Positions 48,968 to 62,212 of a stretch of DNA of 64,000 bases are shown here, one piece after another. This DNA is from Eledone cirrhosa. Lineage: Eukaryota. Under the pieces are notes generated by a model that was not told the DNA's origin, did not search any database, and worked only from the letters and a program-made list of their open reading frames with translations. Position 1 is the stretch's first letter, and each line of letters begins with the position of its first letter. Location of the stretch: NCBI GenBank assembly GCA_964016885.1, contig OZ024741.1, forward strand, positions 280,860,001 to 280,924,000. Direction: 5' to 3'. A program made the translations under genes and the position numbers.

Positions 48968-49866
48968 TCTCTATATATATAAAATTTTTTGTCTCTCTGT
49001 CTGTCTGTTCCTATGCATTCTCAAACGGCTGGACCAAATCAAATTAAATTTTACAAGGTATTAGACACCAGGAGTGTCAACATGTAATTTTTATTTTCAC
49101 TTGGATTAAAATATAATATTTTATCTAAAATAACCTTTCTATAGTGAACTATAGTAAACCACCACGATGACGACGTCACATTTTGTATAGGAGTGTGTAC
49201 ATGTCTGTGAGTGTGTGTGTGTTTGCGAGTTTGTTACGTGCATTAGGCCTCAGAGAATTAAACACACACACACATCTACACATACATATAGCCTTAGTAA
49301 GTTGCATACATATTATCTTTACACACAGACAATTAAACACACACATCTACACATACATATACATATGTGATGACAGACAGGTGAGCATGAATGTATGTCT
49401 GTGTGTCTGTCTTAGTATATGGATGTGAGTGCGTGTGAGTGTATGTGTGTGTGTGTGGATGTTCATTAGGTATATTATTAAATACACACACATCTACACA
49501 TACATATACATATGTAGCAACTGTCAAAAAAATGAGGTGAAAAGCTATGCGCGTGTTTATGTGAATGTATGTCTGTGTGTGTGTCTGTCTTAGTATATGT
49601 ATGCGAGAGGGTGTGAGTGTGAAGCAACAATTTATTCATTTGGACACCAACAAAAAATTGCACAATGAATATTGTTTACCCTAAGGTGCTTCAAGATTGA
49701 CATATTTCATTTCTAAATTCTATTATCAATACAATTTTGATATTTTAAAAATAAAATATAGATATTTTGAAATAATTATGAGAAAAAAAACATATCTTCA
49801 TACTTATTGTTTACTAATCTGAATAAGAACAGCAGTAACCTGGGCAATGCCGGGTAATTCAGCTAG
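48968..49866 (+). mobile_element. non-autonomous Helitron (899 bp) with internal CA/TG-rich tandem repeats
   Basis: A|TCTCTATATATATAAAA 5' end; hairpin acctgggcaatgccgggt at 49838-49855; CTAG|T at 49863-49867. Confidence 0.88.
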
Positions 49867-50640
49867 TCATTTTATATAGGAATTATATGTTAAGCTATCT
49901 TTGTAATGATTTTAGTCAATCTCTCAAAATTCTTCATTATTTAATACGGTAATTAAAGAGTTAAATAGTAATATATAAGTTTTTCTATTAACACACGCAC
50001 ACATAAACAGGGAAAAGTTATTGTAATAAATTTATTAGACATTTCATCTTTACTAAATATTTAATAAGAGTGTAAAAAATAAATTACAAGATCTTATACA
50101 GTTAGTTAAATGTATTCGTAATCATTGTTTTTATATTGACTTTTCCATGCTGGCATGGGTAGGATGCAACTTATTGAGGCAAAGTTTTACAGTTGGATGC
50201 CCTTCCTAAGACAAACTCTTTTAGTTGCTTCTTACAACACACAGGGTCATGGTGTACCCATCAAGATAGGTACTAATTTACTGAAAGAAGTCTAACTAGA
50301 GTTAACTCTTTTGATACCAATCTGCCCCAAACTGCCTTTGGTTCTATGAAACAAAACCACCAACTTTGAAAGATTCTTATTTAAATTAAAACTTCCCAAC
50401 ATAATTTGATATGATATGGTTTTGTTATGCTAAATTACAAATACCATCTAAATAATGAAATAATTAATTTGAGTAAATTGTTCCAAATTCTTTGTTAATT
50501 TAAATAGTGTATTTCATTGGAAATATGATAATGAAATAGTTAAAGAAAGAGCTGAAGGAGAAAGAGCTGAAGGAGAACCAGCAGAAGTTATTGATAAGAA
50601 TTAGACAAAAGAAAATTCTAAGATATAACCCTAAAAACAA

Positions 50641-50990
50641 TACACTATTTCTTTACAATAAACGTACCCGGAAACACAAATCTTAGGATGCTTATATATA
50701 TATATATTTATAAATATTATATAATATTTTTATCCTTATAGTCAGGTTTCTGCATTCTGTGTCAGAAACTTCATGAAAAAAACTGTAGCAGATTGACTGT
50801 TTTCCTTTCCTTCCAAATAAATAGACAGTTCCTTTACAATAAAAGTGCCAGGAAACCCAATGCTTAGAGTACTTTTTATAAATATAAATATATAATATTT
50901 ATATTTACAAATATTATATAAAATATTTTCTTATACTCAAGTTTCTGCTTTCTGTGTTAGAAACTTGAAGCAAAACACTGTAGCAGCTTA
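50641..50990. repeat. diverged ~190-bp tandem duplication with a conserved hairpin
   Basis: ctttacaataaa...ggaaac...ttag...gtttctgc.ttctgtgt.agaaactt...actgtagcag present twice. Confidence 0.75.
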
Positions 50991-51749
50991 ATAACATTTT
51001 CAATCACTTCCCAATAAATTCTAAGTTATCTGTTATCTGTGAAGAGAGAATAGAGCTTACCATCAAATAGTACACTTAATTTAATTTGCATTTGTTGATA
51101 CTGACATTGTGAGATGATATAAGGTTGTGGAGGGGCAGAAACAAATGGTGGAGGTCAAGAAGGTAGAGAACTGTATTAAATGCTTTACACTAGTGTTTAT
51201 TCTCTATATTCTGAGTTCAAATTCCTCTGGGAACAACTTTGTTTTTAACCACTCTAAGGTTGAGAAAATAGGTATGAGTCATCTACTGGGATTGACTACA
51301 TAGTTCCCCCACAAATTTCTGGTCTTGTGCCAATGTAAGAAATCAATACTTTGATAAGATATCCAATATTAACATAAATCAATAAATATGCTAAAATAAT
51401 GCCAAATAGGATTTGGCTTGGAACCAAATTTCTCTCATGTTGGCAAAGCCTCAAATTTTCTCTACAGCAAAACCATTTGAATATGGCTGGGTTCATTCTC
51501 TTTTATTTCATATTGACAAAAGGATTTTAGTTAAAACAGCGGTATGTAGTAGTCAGTAAGTACTTAGTGCTTTTGCAAGCAGAAGACTGCAAAAGGGTTG
51601 ACTCACTGTAAATAGTATTTATATGTAGAACAGTTAGATGTAATAATCATTAGACATCAGACAGCAGTTGTGGTGTATACAAGGGGTTATTTTACATCAA
51701 TAATAAGTATAGTTAATTAGTTGGCTGTACATTTGAAAGGTATAACTAA

Positions 51750-52040
51750 ACACACATACAGACATGCACATACTGATACACACATACATGCACATACTGA
51801 CACACACACACAAACACACACATACAGGCACACAGCAGCAAATACACACAAGTGCACACAGTCATGCACATACCAACACACACACACAGCAGCACTTACA
51901 GACACATAAGCACACACACAGAGCAGCACTTACAGACACATATGCACACACACACTGATACACACATACTCATACAGACATACACAGATACATAAAGGCA
52001 CACAGCAACAGATACACACGCAGACAGATACACACATGCA
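51750..52040. repeat. CA-rich imperfect microsatellite
   Basis: Direct read; source of the His/Thr- and Cys/Val-rich spurious ORFs. Confidence 0.95.
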
Positions 52041-54734
52041 CTTGGAATATTATGTGGTCAATACTCCTTGATATAATTAATGTTTTCTAATATAGGGACA
52101 AGGCCAGCATCCTTCGTTATAATTAATAAAATAGTGCAAACTGTTTTAAACATATAATCATTAATTGGATTAGTTTTTGTTTATAATTTCATCTTAAGAA
52201 GGGGCCATACCCATAGCTTTGAGATCAGCTCTTCCAGGTCTTCCTTGGTACTTCTTCACCAAGCAATCATAATCCATGCATATCATGCCCATACCAATGC
52301 AATCCCCTCCCCTGCACACTACATTTAATTCTCATACCCAGTTTCTCTCTCAGTTCATCCATGCTTTGTCTTTTTCACATATTAACATTCCATCAGAGCA
52401 AGCTTACCTCATTTCTCTCGCATGTCCTCTGCATTCACTGTCCATGTCTCATTACCATGCAGCATTGCTCTTCGCACACAGGCATTATACAGTCAACCTT
52501 TTGTTGTTAGCAGAAATAGCAGTTCCCTAAACTTCTTCCACCCTGTCCATATTCTAGCTACTATGCTCTCAGGGCAACCTCCTCCACTGGTAATTATATC
52601 ATCTGGGTAGCAGAAGCTATCAACCACTTCTATGGATCCTTCATGGGATTGGGAAAAGTTTATATTATTAATTTTATTATTATGATTGGCACACTAATAA
52701 TTGTCATTGAACATCTACTACATACAAAGACTTCCTTCCCTGTTAGTCTGCCTGTTATCTCACTACGCCCCTTGTGTATCCAAGATTTGCATTCTGTACA
52801 TCAAATACAGTTTATGCTTACTCATTTTTGACACGGTCACTTCCTTGGTGACTTTGGTGCCCTTTCTTCTTTCATTCTTATTAACATTTTGGTTTTTGGC
52901 TAAATTCACTCTAAGTCCACTTGATTCTAAGTTCTGTTTCCACAGTCACAATTTATTCTCTAGTTCTTCCACAAATTCAGCTATGAAGACCAGATCATCA
53001 GCATACAGATGTTCCCATAGGCAACTGGTCTTAAACTCCTGTTATAATCTGGAGGACTAGGATAACAAGAGTGGTCTAAGAACTGAACCCTGATGTATTC
53101 CTACCTGTACCTTGAATTCCTCACTAAAATCACTTCCTATTTTCACTTTACTTACTTGCATTGCTCTTACAAGGAACTCTTCTAGACCTAGTTTCCTTAA
53201 GGACCACACACACACACACAATTATATATATATTTATTCCAATGGTGCATTGTGTCCTTGAGCAAGATACTTTATTTCATGCTGCTCTAGCCTTGTCACA
53301 TTGTGTGTCACGTTGAATCTCCCTGAGAACTGTGTTAAGGGGACATGTGTCTGCGGAATGCTTAGCTAGTTACTTGTATGTTAATTTTAGGAGCAGGCTG
53401 TTCTGTTGATCGTATCAACTGGAGCACTCTCTGATGTAACCGTCGGAGTATTAGTTTTATACGATACACAAATATCATTACCTACACATAATCATTTATT
53501 TTACTGATTAACGTATGTTTGCACACTGAATTATAGGTTTGTATTTCTATTACAAACCTTATATCATTGAGTGAGTAAGTGAAAGACCTAGGCAGAGGTT
53601 GTGAGAGCTGATGGATATTGTTGCCTTTTCTGGGACCTATTTTGCTGGTGAAATAAGTATTGGACCCATACTGCAGAAATAAGTCTTAGACATATATGAT
53701 CGTAATGTCATGGGTTTGATTCCTGGAGTGAGTGGTGCATTGTATTCTTAAGCAAAATACTTTATTTCACATTATTCCAGTGAATTGAGCTGAGAAAGAG
53801 CACTTGCAATAGTTGGGGGTTAACTCTGTGATGGACTGGGTCTTGTATTTTGAGTTAATTAATACCAATGAAACAGACATCCAGCCTGATGAGCTCATGG
53901 GCTTGAGACAGACTTTTTTTAAACACTATTTTTTGGCATAGAAAAGATTTGAAGGTATCTGGAATAGATTTTACAGTTAGATCAACATTAGATCCATCTT
54001 ACTGAGCTACCATTTGGTTTAAATGATAAACATAACTATATCCATATTGATATTCACTCAGTCACTCAGTGTGCTTACACCAATGAGCCCCCTGCCCAAA
54101 AATAGAATGTCCACCCTATATGGTGATTTGGTGCTATAGCAACAAAGCACCCAGTCCATCCTGTAAGGTGGTCGTGTTCATGATACAATGAAAAAACATC
54201 TAGTCCACCCTGTTAAATGGTCATTTTTGTGCCACGATAAAAAGTATCCAGTCCACATTGTAACATGGTTAGCGTTAGGAAGGGCATCCAGCTGTAGAAA
54301 CCAAGCCAAACTACAGATCTGTATGAGCAAGACATGGTCATCTGAACCAAATTGTTTCAATGTGACAAACCATCTAACCCAGCAAAATGTAAAAAAATAG
54401 ATGTTAAATGGTGATGAGTCTGATGAAAATAAAACTCTATAACTTCATGTGACCAACACTAGGCCACACCATCTACTATCTATTTGTTTTTATAATGAAA
54501 TGTGGTTGGCATTAGGAAGGGCACCCAGCCGTAGAAACTGAGCCCAAATCAGTTCTGTATGACCTGGTCTGTCTCACAATGGGACAACCTGTCTATCTCA
54601 CGCTAGCATCCAAAAATAAATGTTAAATGGTGATGATGATGATGATGAATGAATGTAAATTATGAATGTAAATTATGATAATATAAATAGTTATGTTTTA
54701 TAAAAAAAAATACCAATATTGTTTTTTAACAGGT

Positions 54735-55284
54735 AAACAAAGTGCAGGGCAATAAAGATAGACGGTAGCCACGGAATAGGCAGACCTAGAAAAACCTGGG
54801 ACGAGCTGATAAACTCCGACCTCACACACTTACACCTCTCCAAGACAATGTCACTGGACCAAGACCTTTGGCGGTACTCAGTAATAGAGAAGACACGCCT
54901 TACCTAAATACATAGTAAAACCTACTACAGTCAGTAGGCCTCTCTAACAAAATACCCCCCCCCCTTCTAACAGAATACCCCCCCCCCCCTTCTATGTAAA
55001 GTTGTGTTGGTGCCACACCATCCAGGCCGAAACAAATGAGATCGTGTAGGTGTCACGACAAAAAAACACACAGTCCACACTGTAATGTGGCCGAGTGTAG
55101 GCAACACGGTAAAAACCTCCCAGACCCACACTGTAAATGTGGTTGGTGTTAGGAAGGGCATCCAACTGTAGAAAACCTGCCAGACAGTCCTATGCGAGCA
55201 AGACAATCACTCTTGCCTCAAGTGGGAAAACCCCCGTCCAAACCCATGCAAGCGTGGAACACTGACGTTAAACGTTGATGATGA
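54735..55284 (+). mobile_element. young RTE LINE 3' fragment
   Basis: Nearly identical to 12830-13390. Confidence 0.9.
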
Positions 55285-55700
55285 CACCATATACCTCCAT
55301 GCCATAAGAGGTGATTAAAAAGAGTTGGCACTAAGAAGGGCACCTGGCCCTAAAACATTATCTCAAAAATGACCCCATGATTGGTATGAAGTTTGTTATG
55401 AAGTTCATACAGCTAAAGTGGTAGAAATGCTGTATGGCATATAGTTACAGTCCTTTACATTCTGAGTTCAAATCCCACCGATGTTAACTTTGCCTTTCAT
55501 CCCTATGGGGTTGATAAAATAAAGTACTAGAGTCAATTTAATCGATTAAAGTACCAACTTGGTTTGCGATGACCCATTCAACCCTTGCTAGCAGGGAAAA
55601 CAGACGTTAAATGATGATGATCATGACACTTTATGCAGAACACACCCCTCAGACATTTTCTCCTTACTCTTTGTTGATATACATACACACACATATATAT

Positions 55701-56513
55701 ATAAAAATGAAAGGCAGGTTGTACGATGCCTGCATACGAACAGCAATGTTGCATGGCAGTGAGACCTGGGCATTGTGTGCAGAGGATATACGCAGACTAG
55801 AGAGGAACGAAGCTTGCATGCTCCGCTGGATGTGTAACAGTAATATACGTGAACGGCAAAGCATAAACGAACTAAGGAAAAAATTAGAGATAAGAGGGAT
55901 CAGATGTTGTTTACTCGAGAGAAGGCTACGTTGGTATGGACACGTGATGCGCATGAAAGACGATAGCTGTATAAGAAAGTGCAGGGCAATAAAGATAGAC
56001 GGTAGCCACGGAATAGGCAGACCTAGAAAAACCTGGGACGAGCTGATAAACTCCGACCTCACACACTTACACCTCTCCAAGACAATGTCACTGGACCGAG
56101 ACCTTTGGCGGTACTCAGTAACAGAGAAGACCCGCCTTGCCAGTAGGCATCTCTAACAAAATACACCCCGTCCCGCCACCACCCCCACCCATCCACACCA
56201 CCCTGTCCTATGTAAAGTTATGTTGGTCCCACAACATCCAGGCCGAAACAAATGAGATCGTGTAGGTGTCACGACAAAAAAACACACAGTCCACGCTGTA
56301 ATGTGGCCGTGTAGGCAACACGGTAAAAACCTCCCAGTCCACACTGTAAATGTGGTTGGTGTTAGGAAGGGCATCCAACTGTAGAAAACCTGCCAGACAG
56401 TCCTATGCGAGCAAGACAATCACTCTTGCCTCAAGTGGGAATACCCCCGTCCAAACCCATGCAAGCGTGGAACACGGACGTTAAACGTTGATGATGATGA
56501 TGATGATGATGAT
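55701..56513 (+). mobile_element. young RTE LINE 3' fragment with intact RT C-terminal frame and (GAT)n tail
   Basis: KGRLYDACIRTAMLHGSETW...[12 protein letters not shown]...GRPRKTW (ORF 55611..56156). Confidence 0.92.
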
Positions 56514-56741
56514 ATATATATAATGTAGAAAATTATGTTTAAGAAGGCTAAGACAATGTGAAATAGATAAAATGAAGGCATATATATGTGCCAAATCACA
56601 GCAACTGTATCTGCTACTAATTAAATGTGTGCACTCTGAACAGCAGATTGCAGCTGCATTACTGCAATTTGGCAGATTCCTTGAGTGAGCTAGACACTGG
56701 CCGGAGTACGTTGAATTAATACCAGTGATCTTTGTTACTTT

Positions 56742-56807
<66 letters not shown>

Positions 56808-57303
56808 TCATCACCGTTTAACGTCTATTTTTCCATGCATGCATGGGTTAGACGGGTCGCCCATGTCATGAGGCAAGTTTGGCCAACTGACTGCGCTGTA
56901 CATTGCTCAGTGGGATCTGTATTTTGGCTGGTATTTATATGTATACTACACCACCTGTGACCTGTTGGGTCACATGTAGTCTAGTTGTTTTGCCATTTTG
57001 GCTACACAGCAAAGTGGGAGCTTTTCCTGTCTGTCTTTAACTTGACTGCACTAAGGCTTTTTGGAAATGAAACAATGGTAAGCATGTAGCTATCTGATTG
57101 GTTATCACATAGCTGTTGACTATTTATGAAAGTATCCAGAAAAACCCCTATCTCGGGAACCCGTGCTCTGATTTACGCAAAACTTGTTTTATTCCATTTG
57201 TATTCCCATTTCAGGGGCAACTTCCTTTCAAAGTATTTTCCCATTATGCGCCATTTTGGCTGTATTAAATTACAGACAAGCCCACTATCACAGAGTTTTA
57301 GTA

Positions 57304-57335
<32 letters not shown>

Positions 57336-57338
<3 letters not shown>

Positions 57339-57980
57339 GGAGAAGCATAAATGAACTGAGACTGCATTGGTATGGACATGTGATGTGTATGAAGGATGAC
57401 AGCTGCATAAAAAGGTGCAGAGTGCTCAAAGTTGATGGGAGACTTGGAGTGGGGGCACCCAGAAAGACTTGGGATGAGGTGATAAAAGCTGAGCTTGCGT
57501 AGTTGCATTTCTCGAAGGCGATGTAACAGGACTGAGATCTTTGGCATTACGCAATAATACAGAAGACCCGACTCCCTACAGGCACAGGCTGAAGCATATA
57601 TACAGTACGCACCACCCCACGCGACCCATGCATCTCCCACGAGGGCAGTACGAAGTATGCATCTACTGAAGCCCCCAGCCCACACCGTAAAGTGGTTGTG
57701 ATGGTGACAGGAAAAAAGCGCCCAGCCCATATTGTACAGTGGTCGTGTAGGTGTCATGACAAAAAGTGCCCAGCCTACACTGTAAAGTAGTCGTGCTGGT
57801 GACATGACAAAAAGCACCCAGTACTCACTGTAAATGAGGTTGGTGTTAGGAAGGGCATCCATCTGAAAAAACCATGCCAAAATCAGTTCTGGTTGTGCAA
57901 GTCATGGTCCCCTGACCTAGCATTGCCCGTCTAACCCATGCTAGCGTAGAAAAATTGACGTAGAACAGTGATGGTGATGA
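57336..57980 (+). mobile_element. older RTE LINE 3' fragment with tandem ~48-bp 3' UTR units
   Basis: [15 protein letters not shown]-like peptide and repeated cccagcccacactgtaaagtggt units. Confidence 0.8.
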
Positions 57981-58217
57981 TTTATATATATATATATAAA
58001 GTTCACCCAGTCCACACTAAAGTGGTTGGTGCTAGGACTGGCATCCAGCCATAGAAACCAAGCCAAAATACTGAACCTTATGAGCGAGACGTGACCTCCA
58101 AACCTGACTTGTCTAATGCATGGAAAATGAATGATGACGACATACACAGATACATTATATATATACATACCATACATACACAAGGTTTGTGTGTGTGTAT
58201 ATACACATATATACATA

Positions 58218-58499
58218 CAGAGGCGTAACTAGGATAAAGCAAGCATGGCAAGTGCCATGGGCACCACTTGGACTAGGAGCACGTTTTATTAAAGTCAAAT
58301 AAGCTTCGTCGGAGAGTGAAAAAAGAAACTCCTTCAAATGATGATCTGTCTCTGATTATCATGGGTGAGAACACTATGGTGGCTGGATCATTAAACCATT
58401 TATATAAATTATTAGGCTCATAGGTAAAAATACAGTGCTGGGCAGGGGTGCAATTTCACTGATTGCCATAGGCGCTATTTTAAATAGTTATCCCCCCCC

Positions 58500-58500
<1 letters not shown>
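58218..58500. mobile_element. hAT-like MITE
   Basis: CAGAGGCGTAACTAG left end and TAGTTATCCCC right end; subterminal gcaagtgccatgggc repeat. Confidence 0.5.
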
Positions 58501-58559
<59 letters not shown>

Positions 58560-58561
<2 letters not shown>

Positions 58562-58745
58562 TCCGATTTGAAAGGCTTATATTTTTGAAACAAATGAACA
58601 TATAATCATGCGGAAACTTGTATAATACATGTCTGAAAATGAAATTTTACCATTTTTACAAATGCTCAATATGCCTACTCCGGACACACGGTATACAGCT
58701 ACATGATAGTCAAACTCGTCACAGACTTGAGTGAGTATGTCTGAT
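58560..58745 (-). mobile_element. Tc1/mariner-superfamily transposase C-terminal remnant
   Basis: Minus strand reads LTQVCDEFDYHVAVYRVSG then shifted HIEHL*, typical of the C-terminal GGHIEHL motif. Confidence 0.6.
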
Positions 58746-59397
58746 GATTCTTTTTTTTATATACCTTGTATATACGCACAGTGAAGGCTTGTGGCAGTGA
58801 TTAAGGTGTTGGAATCACGATCATGGGTTCGATTTTTTAACCAGGCGACAAGCTGTGTCCTTGAGCAAACACTTCATTTCATCTTGCTTTAAGTTCACTG
58901 AGGTAAAAAGAGAACAAAGAAAAAAAAACAAAAAACGCAGCAATAGTCGAGGAATAAATAACCACTGCGACTGATTTGATGTTTTCCTGAATGAACGGGG
59001 GACCCTATTATAAAAACGCTCGAAAAATCACCTATGAGATGTAACCTCGTAAGAAGCCAAATAAACCAACATAGGTGTGAGCACTCACAACAAACACAAA
59101 CACATACATACGTATGTATTTATGGGCCTGTAAATCCTGATGGTGTCTTAGGGGCGCCGTAATGACATATAGCGTATCTTGAGCAATTTTTAAACTCTGT
59201 CGGCGTAGCCCATGTCCTCTCCAGGTTTTAGATGAAGTGAGAAAGCGATATAGAGAAAGAATCGATACCAGTATTGAACTGGTTCGTCTTTTTATCAACC
59301 TCGAAATGATGAAAGGCAAAGTTGACCTCAGCCGGATTTGAACTCAGAACGCAAAGCATTCTACACAACGTTCATAAATAAATATATATATATATAT

Positions 59398-59526
59398 ATA
59401 GGAACCAGTAAGACCCCGACGGCTGAGCTCAAGCCGTTTCGACGGCTAATTCTGGACTTGATTTTAGTCCAGAATTAGCCGTCGAAACGGCTTGAGCTCA
59501 GCCGTCGGGGTCTTACTGGTTCCTAT
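59398..59526. repeat. perfect 61-bp inverted repeat with a 7-nt loop (Penelope-like foldback)
   Basis: 59398-59458 is the exact reverse complement of 59466-59526. Confidence 0.97.
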
Positions 59527-59655
59527 TACCCACTCTACTACCCCAAGTATTGAGTACTTTGGTGCGTTATGGTCCACCTGGTTCCTTACCACATTTCCTT
59601 CGTTATATATATATACACGAAAACAATTGCACAGTGGGACGAGAGACGGAATACA

Positions 59656-59704
59656 GACTATCAGATGACCCTGTAATCACAGGAGAAAATCCAAAGTAAC
59701 AGGC
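59656..59704 (+). ncRNA. degenerate minimal hammerhead-ribozyme-like motif
   Basis: CAGATGA (one mismatch to CTGATGA), stem cctgt-aatc-acagg, GAAA, GTA triplet at 59696-59698, imperfect stem I. Confidence 0.4.
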
Positions 59705-60979
59705 CACTGACTCGACCTATATATATATATATAGGAGAGGGAGAGAGGGAGGGGGGAGTCGAGAGTGATATAGATAAAACGCTTGGCGTCACGGTCGGGA
59801 TTTTACCTATCTCTATACCCACTCTGCATCTCCCCATGCATTTAGTACTCCCGTGAGTAAAGCCCCCTCCCCCTTCCCCCGCAGATTTTCTCGCTCTCAT
59901 ATTATTATATATATATAGGCACGTGGGCATTAGCGTCCGCGCGCGCGGCATGTGTGTGTGTGTGTCTACACACACACACAGACACACATACTGCACACAA
60001 GACAAATTATCCTGTGTGTGTGTCTTATTTTTTTTTCGTCAGGGTATGATTTACGGGAAATGTAGTTGTTATTTCTAGCAGGTCGATCGACGGTATAGAG
60101 GGTTTCTCATTGGCTCCAACTAACAAATGTTATAAATACAAATGACTACAAGGCTCATCGCCCAATCAAACAAGTTGCTGCTTAGAGCAAGTATATCTAA
60201 ATCCCATACACTTTGGTTTTATTCAGATAAAAATAATTAAATAAATAAGCACATTAAAAACAAAGAATTCCTTAAATATAGCCGAAGTATGTTTAGCAGA
60301 TTTGGGGAAAAAATATACAGTTGATTCAGCGATGTTGATGTACTGGATCGGAGATGCTATTTTCAAATTATTTTGACTAAAAGGTATCAAGTTTTTATGC
60401 AAGGGAAAATGTTCATGCTTGTAAAGGCATTCATTATTTATGGAACTGAAAGGACATGGTTACAGCAGGGAATGGAAATATGGAAATTCAGCGCTGTATG
60501 GTGTACCACCAAAACTGGTTGTAAATACACACATTATATATATATATATATATATACATACATACATATATACATGATGGCTGCCCCCTCGTTATCGAGT
60601 ATGGCCATTGCACGAGAGAAAAAAAAATATATATATATATATATACACACATACTTTATACATATATACACACACACATATATATACATTAATAACAATA
60701 ATAATAATAATAATATACATATATATATACACATACACGCACACACATAAACATATCTATACACACACACACACACGATAGCAATTAACAGCGCTGCGAT
60801 CCAATGTGGCTTTTTAGCCCAGCCAATGATCTAAAATGTCTTGCACAGAGTCGGCAACCAAAACATTCACTGGGAATAGTCGGCTGTGGTTGGAGTTCAT
60901 GTACTTTTGCATGTCGCTTGAGCCCTCCTGCTGATTTACATTATCTACCACATGTTTGGCAAGCATGATGAGTAGCATC

Positions 60980-62165
60980 TCGAACAGCAGCCTGGTAGTC
61001 AACCACTGGTCTTACTTTATGACTGCGAAGATGACTTTCGAGTCCAGCTTTGCTTAGGCAGAGTCTTGCACAGACGCTGCATGTCAGCACCATAGGAGGA
61101 CCCTGCCGTCTGGAAGTGCAACAGCAATGCCCTTCCTCACATCCCGCTTTACTTTCTCGTATGCGATTCGAGAATGCCTCAAAGGCAACTTTTCTCTCAT
61201 ATACAGTCTTTCTCTATTTATTACAATCAACAGCTATGCTTTCCCATGTATCAGCAGAGATGTTAGCGTCTTTCAAAGAGGCTTTCAAGGAATCCTTATA
61301 CCTCTTTTTTGGTTTATGTGGCGGTCGTTTTCCTTTAACCAACTCTCCATAAAAGAGTTGTTTTGGTATTCTAGAATCCTTCATCCTGGCAAGGTGACCA
61401 CTCCAACGGAGTCATTGCTTAAGCACAAGAGCTTCTATACTGTCACACATAGAGCTTTCCAAAATCTCGACATCACTGATGTGGTCCCTCCAATGAACGC
61501 CATGGATCCGTCTGAGACACATCTGATGGAAACGCTCCAATTGCCTAAGGTGGTGCCGATGTGACCCAGGTCTCGCAGGCATAAAAAAGACAAGAGAGCA
61601 CACATGCCTTGTACACCTTTACCTTGTCCTCCTGCATCGACAGAATTCATAGTTGGAGCATACACACTCACCAGGGTCGCATATCTTCCTTTGTCCAGCG
61701 GAATTCTCATGGACATAAGACGCTCACTAATCCCCACTGGGAATTCTTCTAATTTATTCACACGAACAGTCTTAACAGCAAATCCTACCCCAGCCTCTCT
61801 TCTGGTTCTTTCATCTCTTCCTTTCCAGAAGAATGTATATTCTCCACAAAATTCTGTAAGATGACCATCTTCAGCTAACTTCGTCTCAGATAAGGCCACG
61901 ATGTCAAGATCGTAACGTCGAAGCTCCTTTGCAACAAGAGCGGTCCTTCGTTCAGGACGCCCCAAGGAATCCCTGTCAAGCAGCGTCCGTACGTTCCAGC
62001 AGCCAAGACTAAATGTCTTGTTTGGCTCTATTACAGTGGCACGATGACGAGCGGACACAAGCTGTGATAACCTGGGGCCCCTGCCCTTATTGCCAATTAT
62101 CTCTTTTATATTGTTCTGGAACATCATTGAATTGGAAAGAAAAAAAGAGTAATAATAATAGTAAC

Positions 62166-62212
<47 letters not shown>

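Noticed and set aside
51296-51496. 66-aa minus-strand ORF as FH presequence exon
   Set aside because: No convincing in-frame donor or Arg/Ser-rich amphipathic character; it runs into an antisense SINE.
53880-53915. CTGATGA followed by a small stem, resembling a hammerhead
   Set aside because: No GAAA follows; it is the usual tail of the CORE-type SINE.
54003-54035. 33-nt tag...gtaag micro-exon candidate (LCLSFKPNGSS) for FH
   Set aside because: Weak polypyrimidine tract and no homology support; such sites arise by chance in AT-rich DNA.
57173-57880. 235-aa minus-strand ORF
   Set aside because: Antisense reading of an RTE 3' fragment across a (TA)n tract.
58645-58655. ATG|GTAAAA on - as FH exon 1 end
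   Set aside because: It lies inside a Tc1/mariner remnant just after its stop codon.
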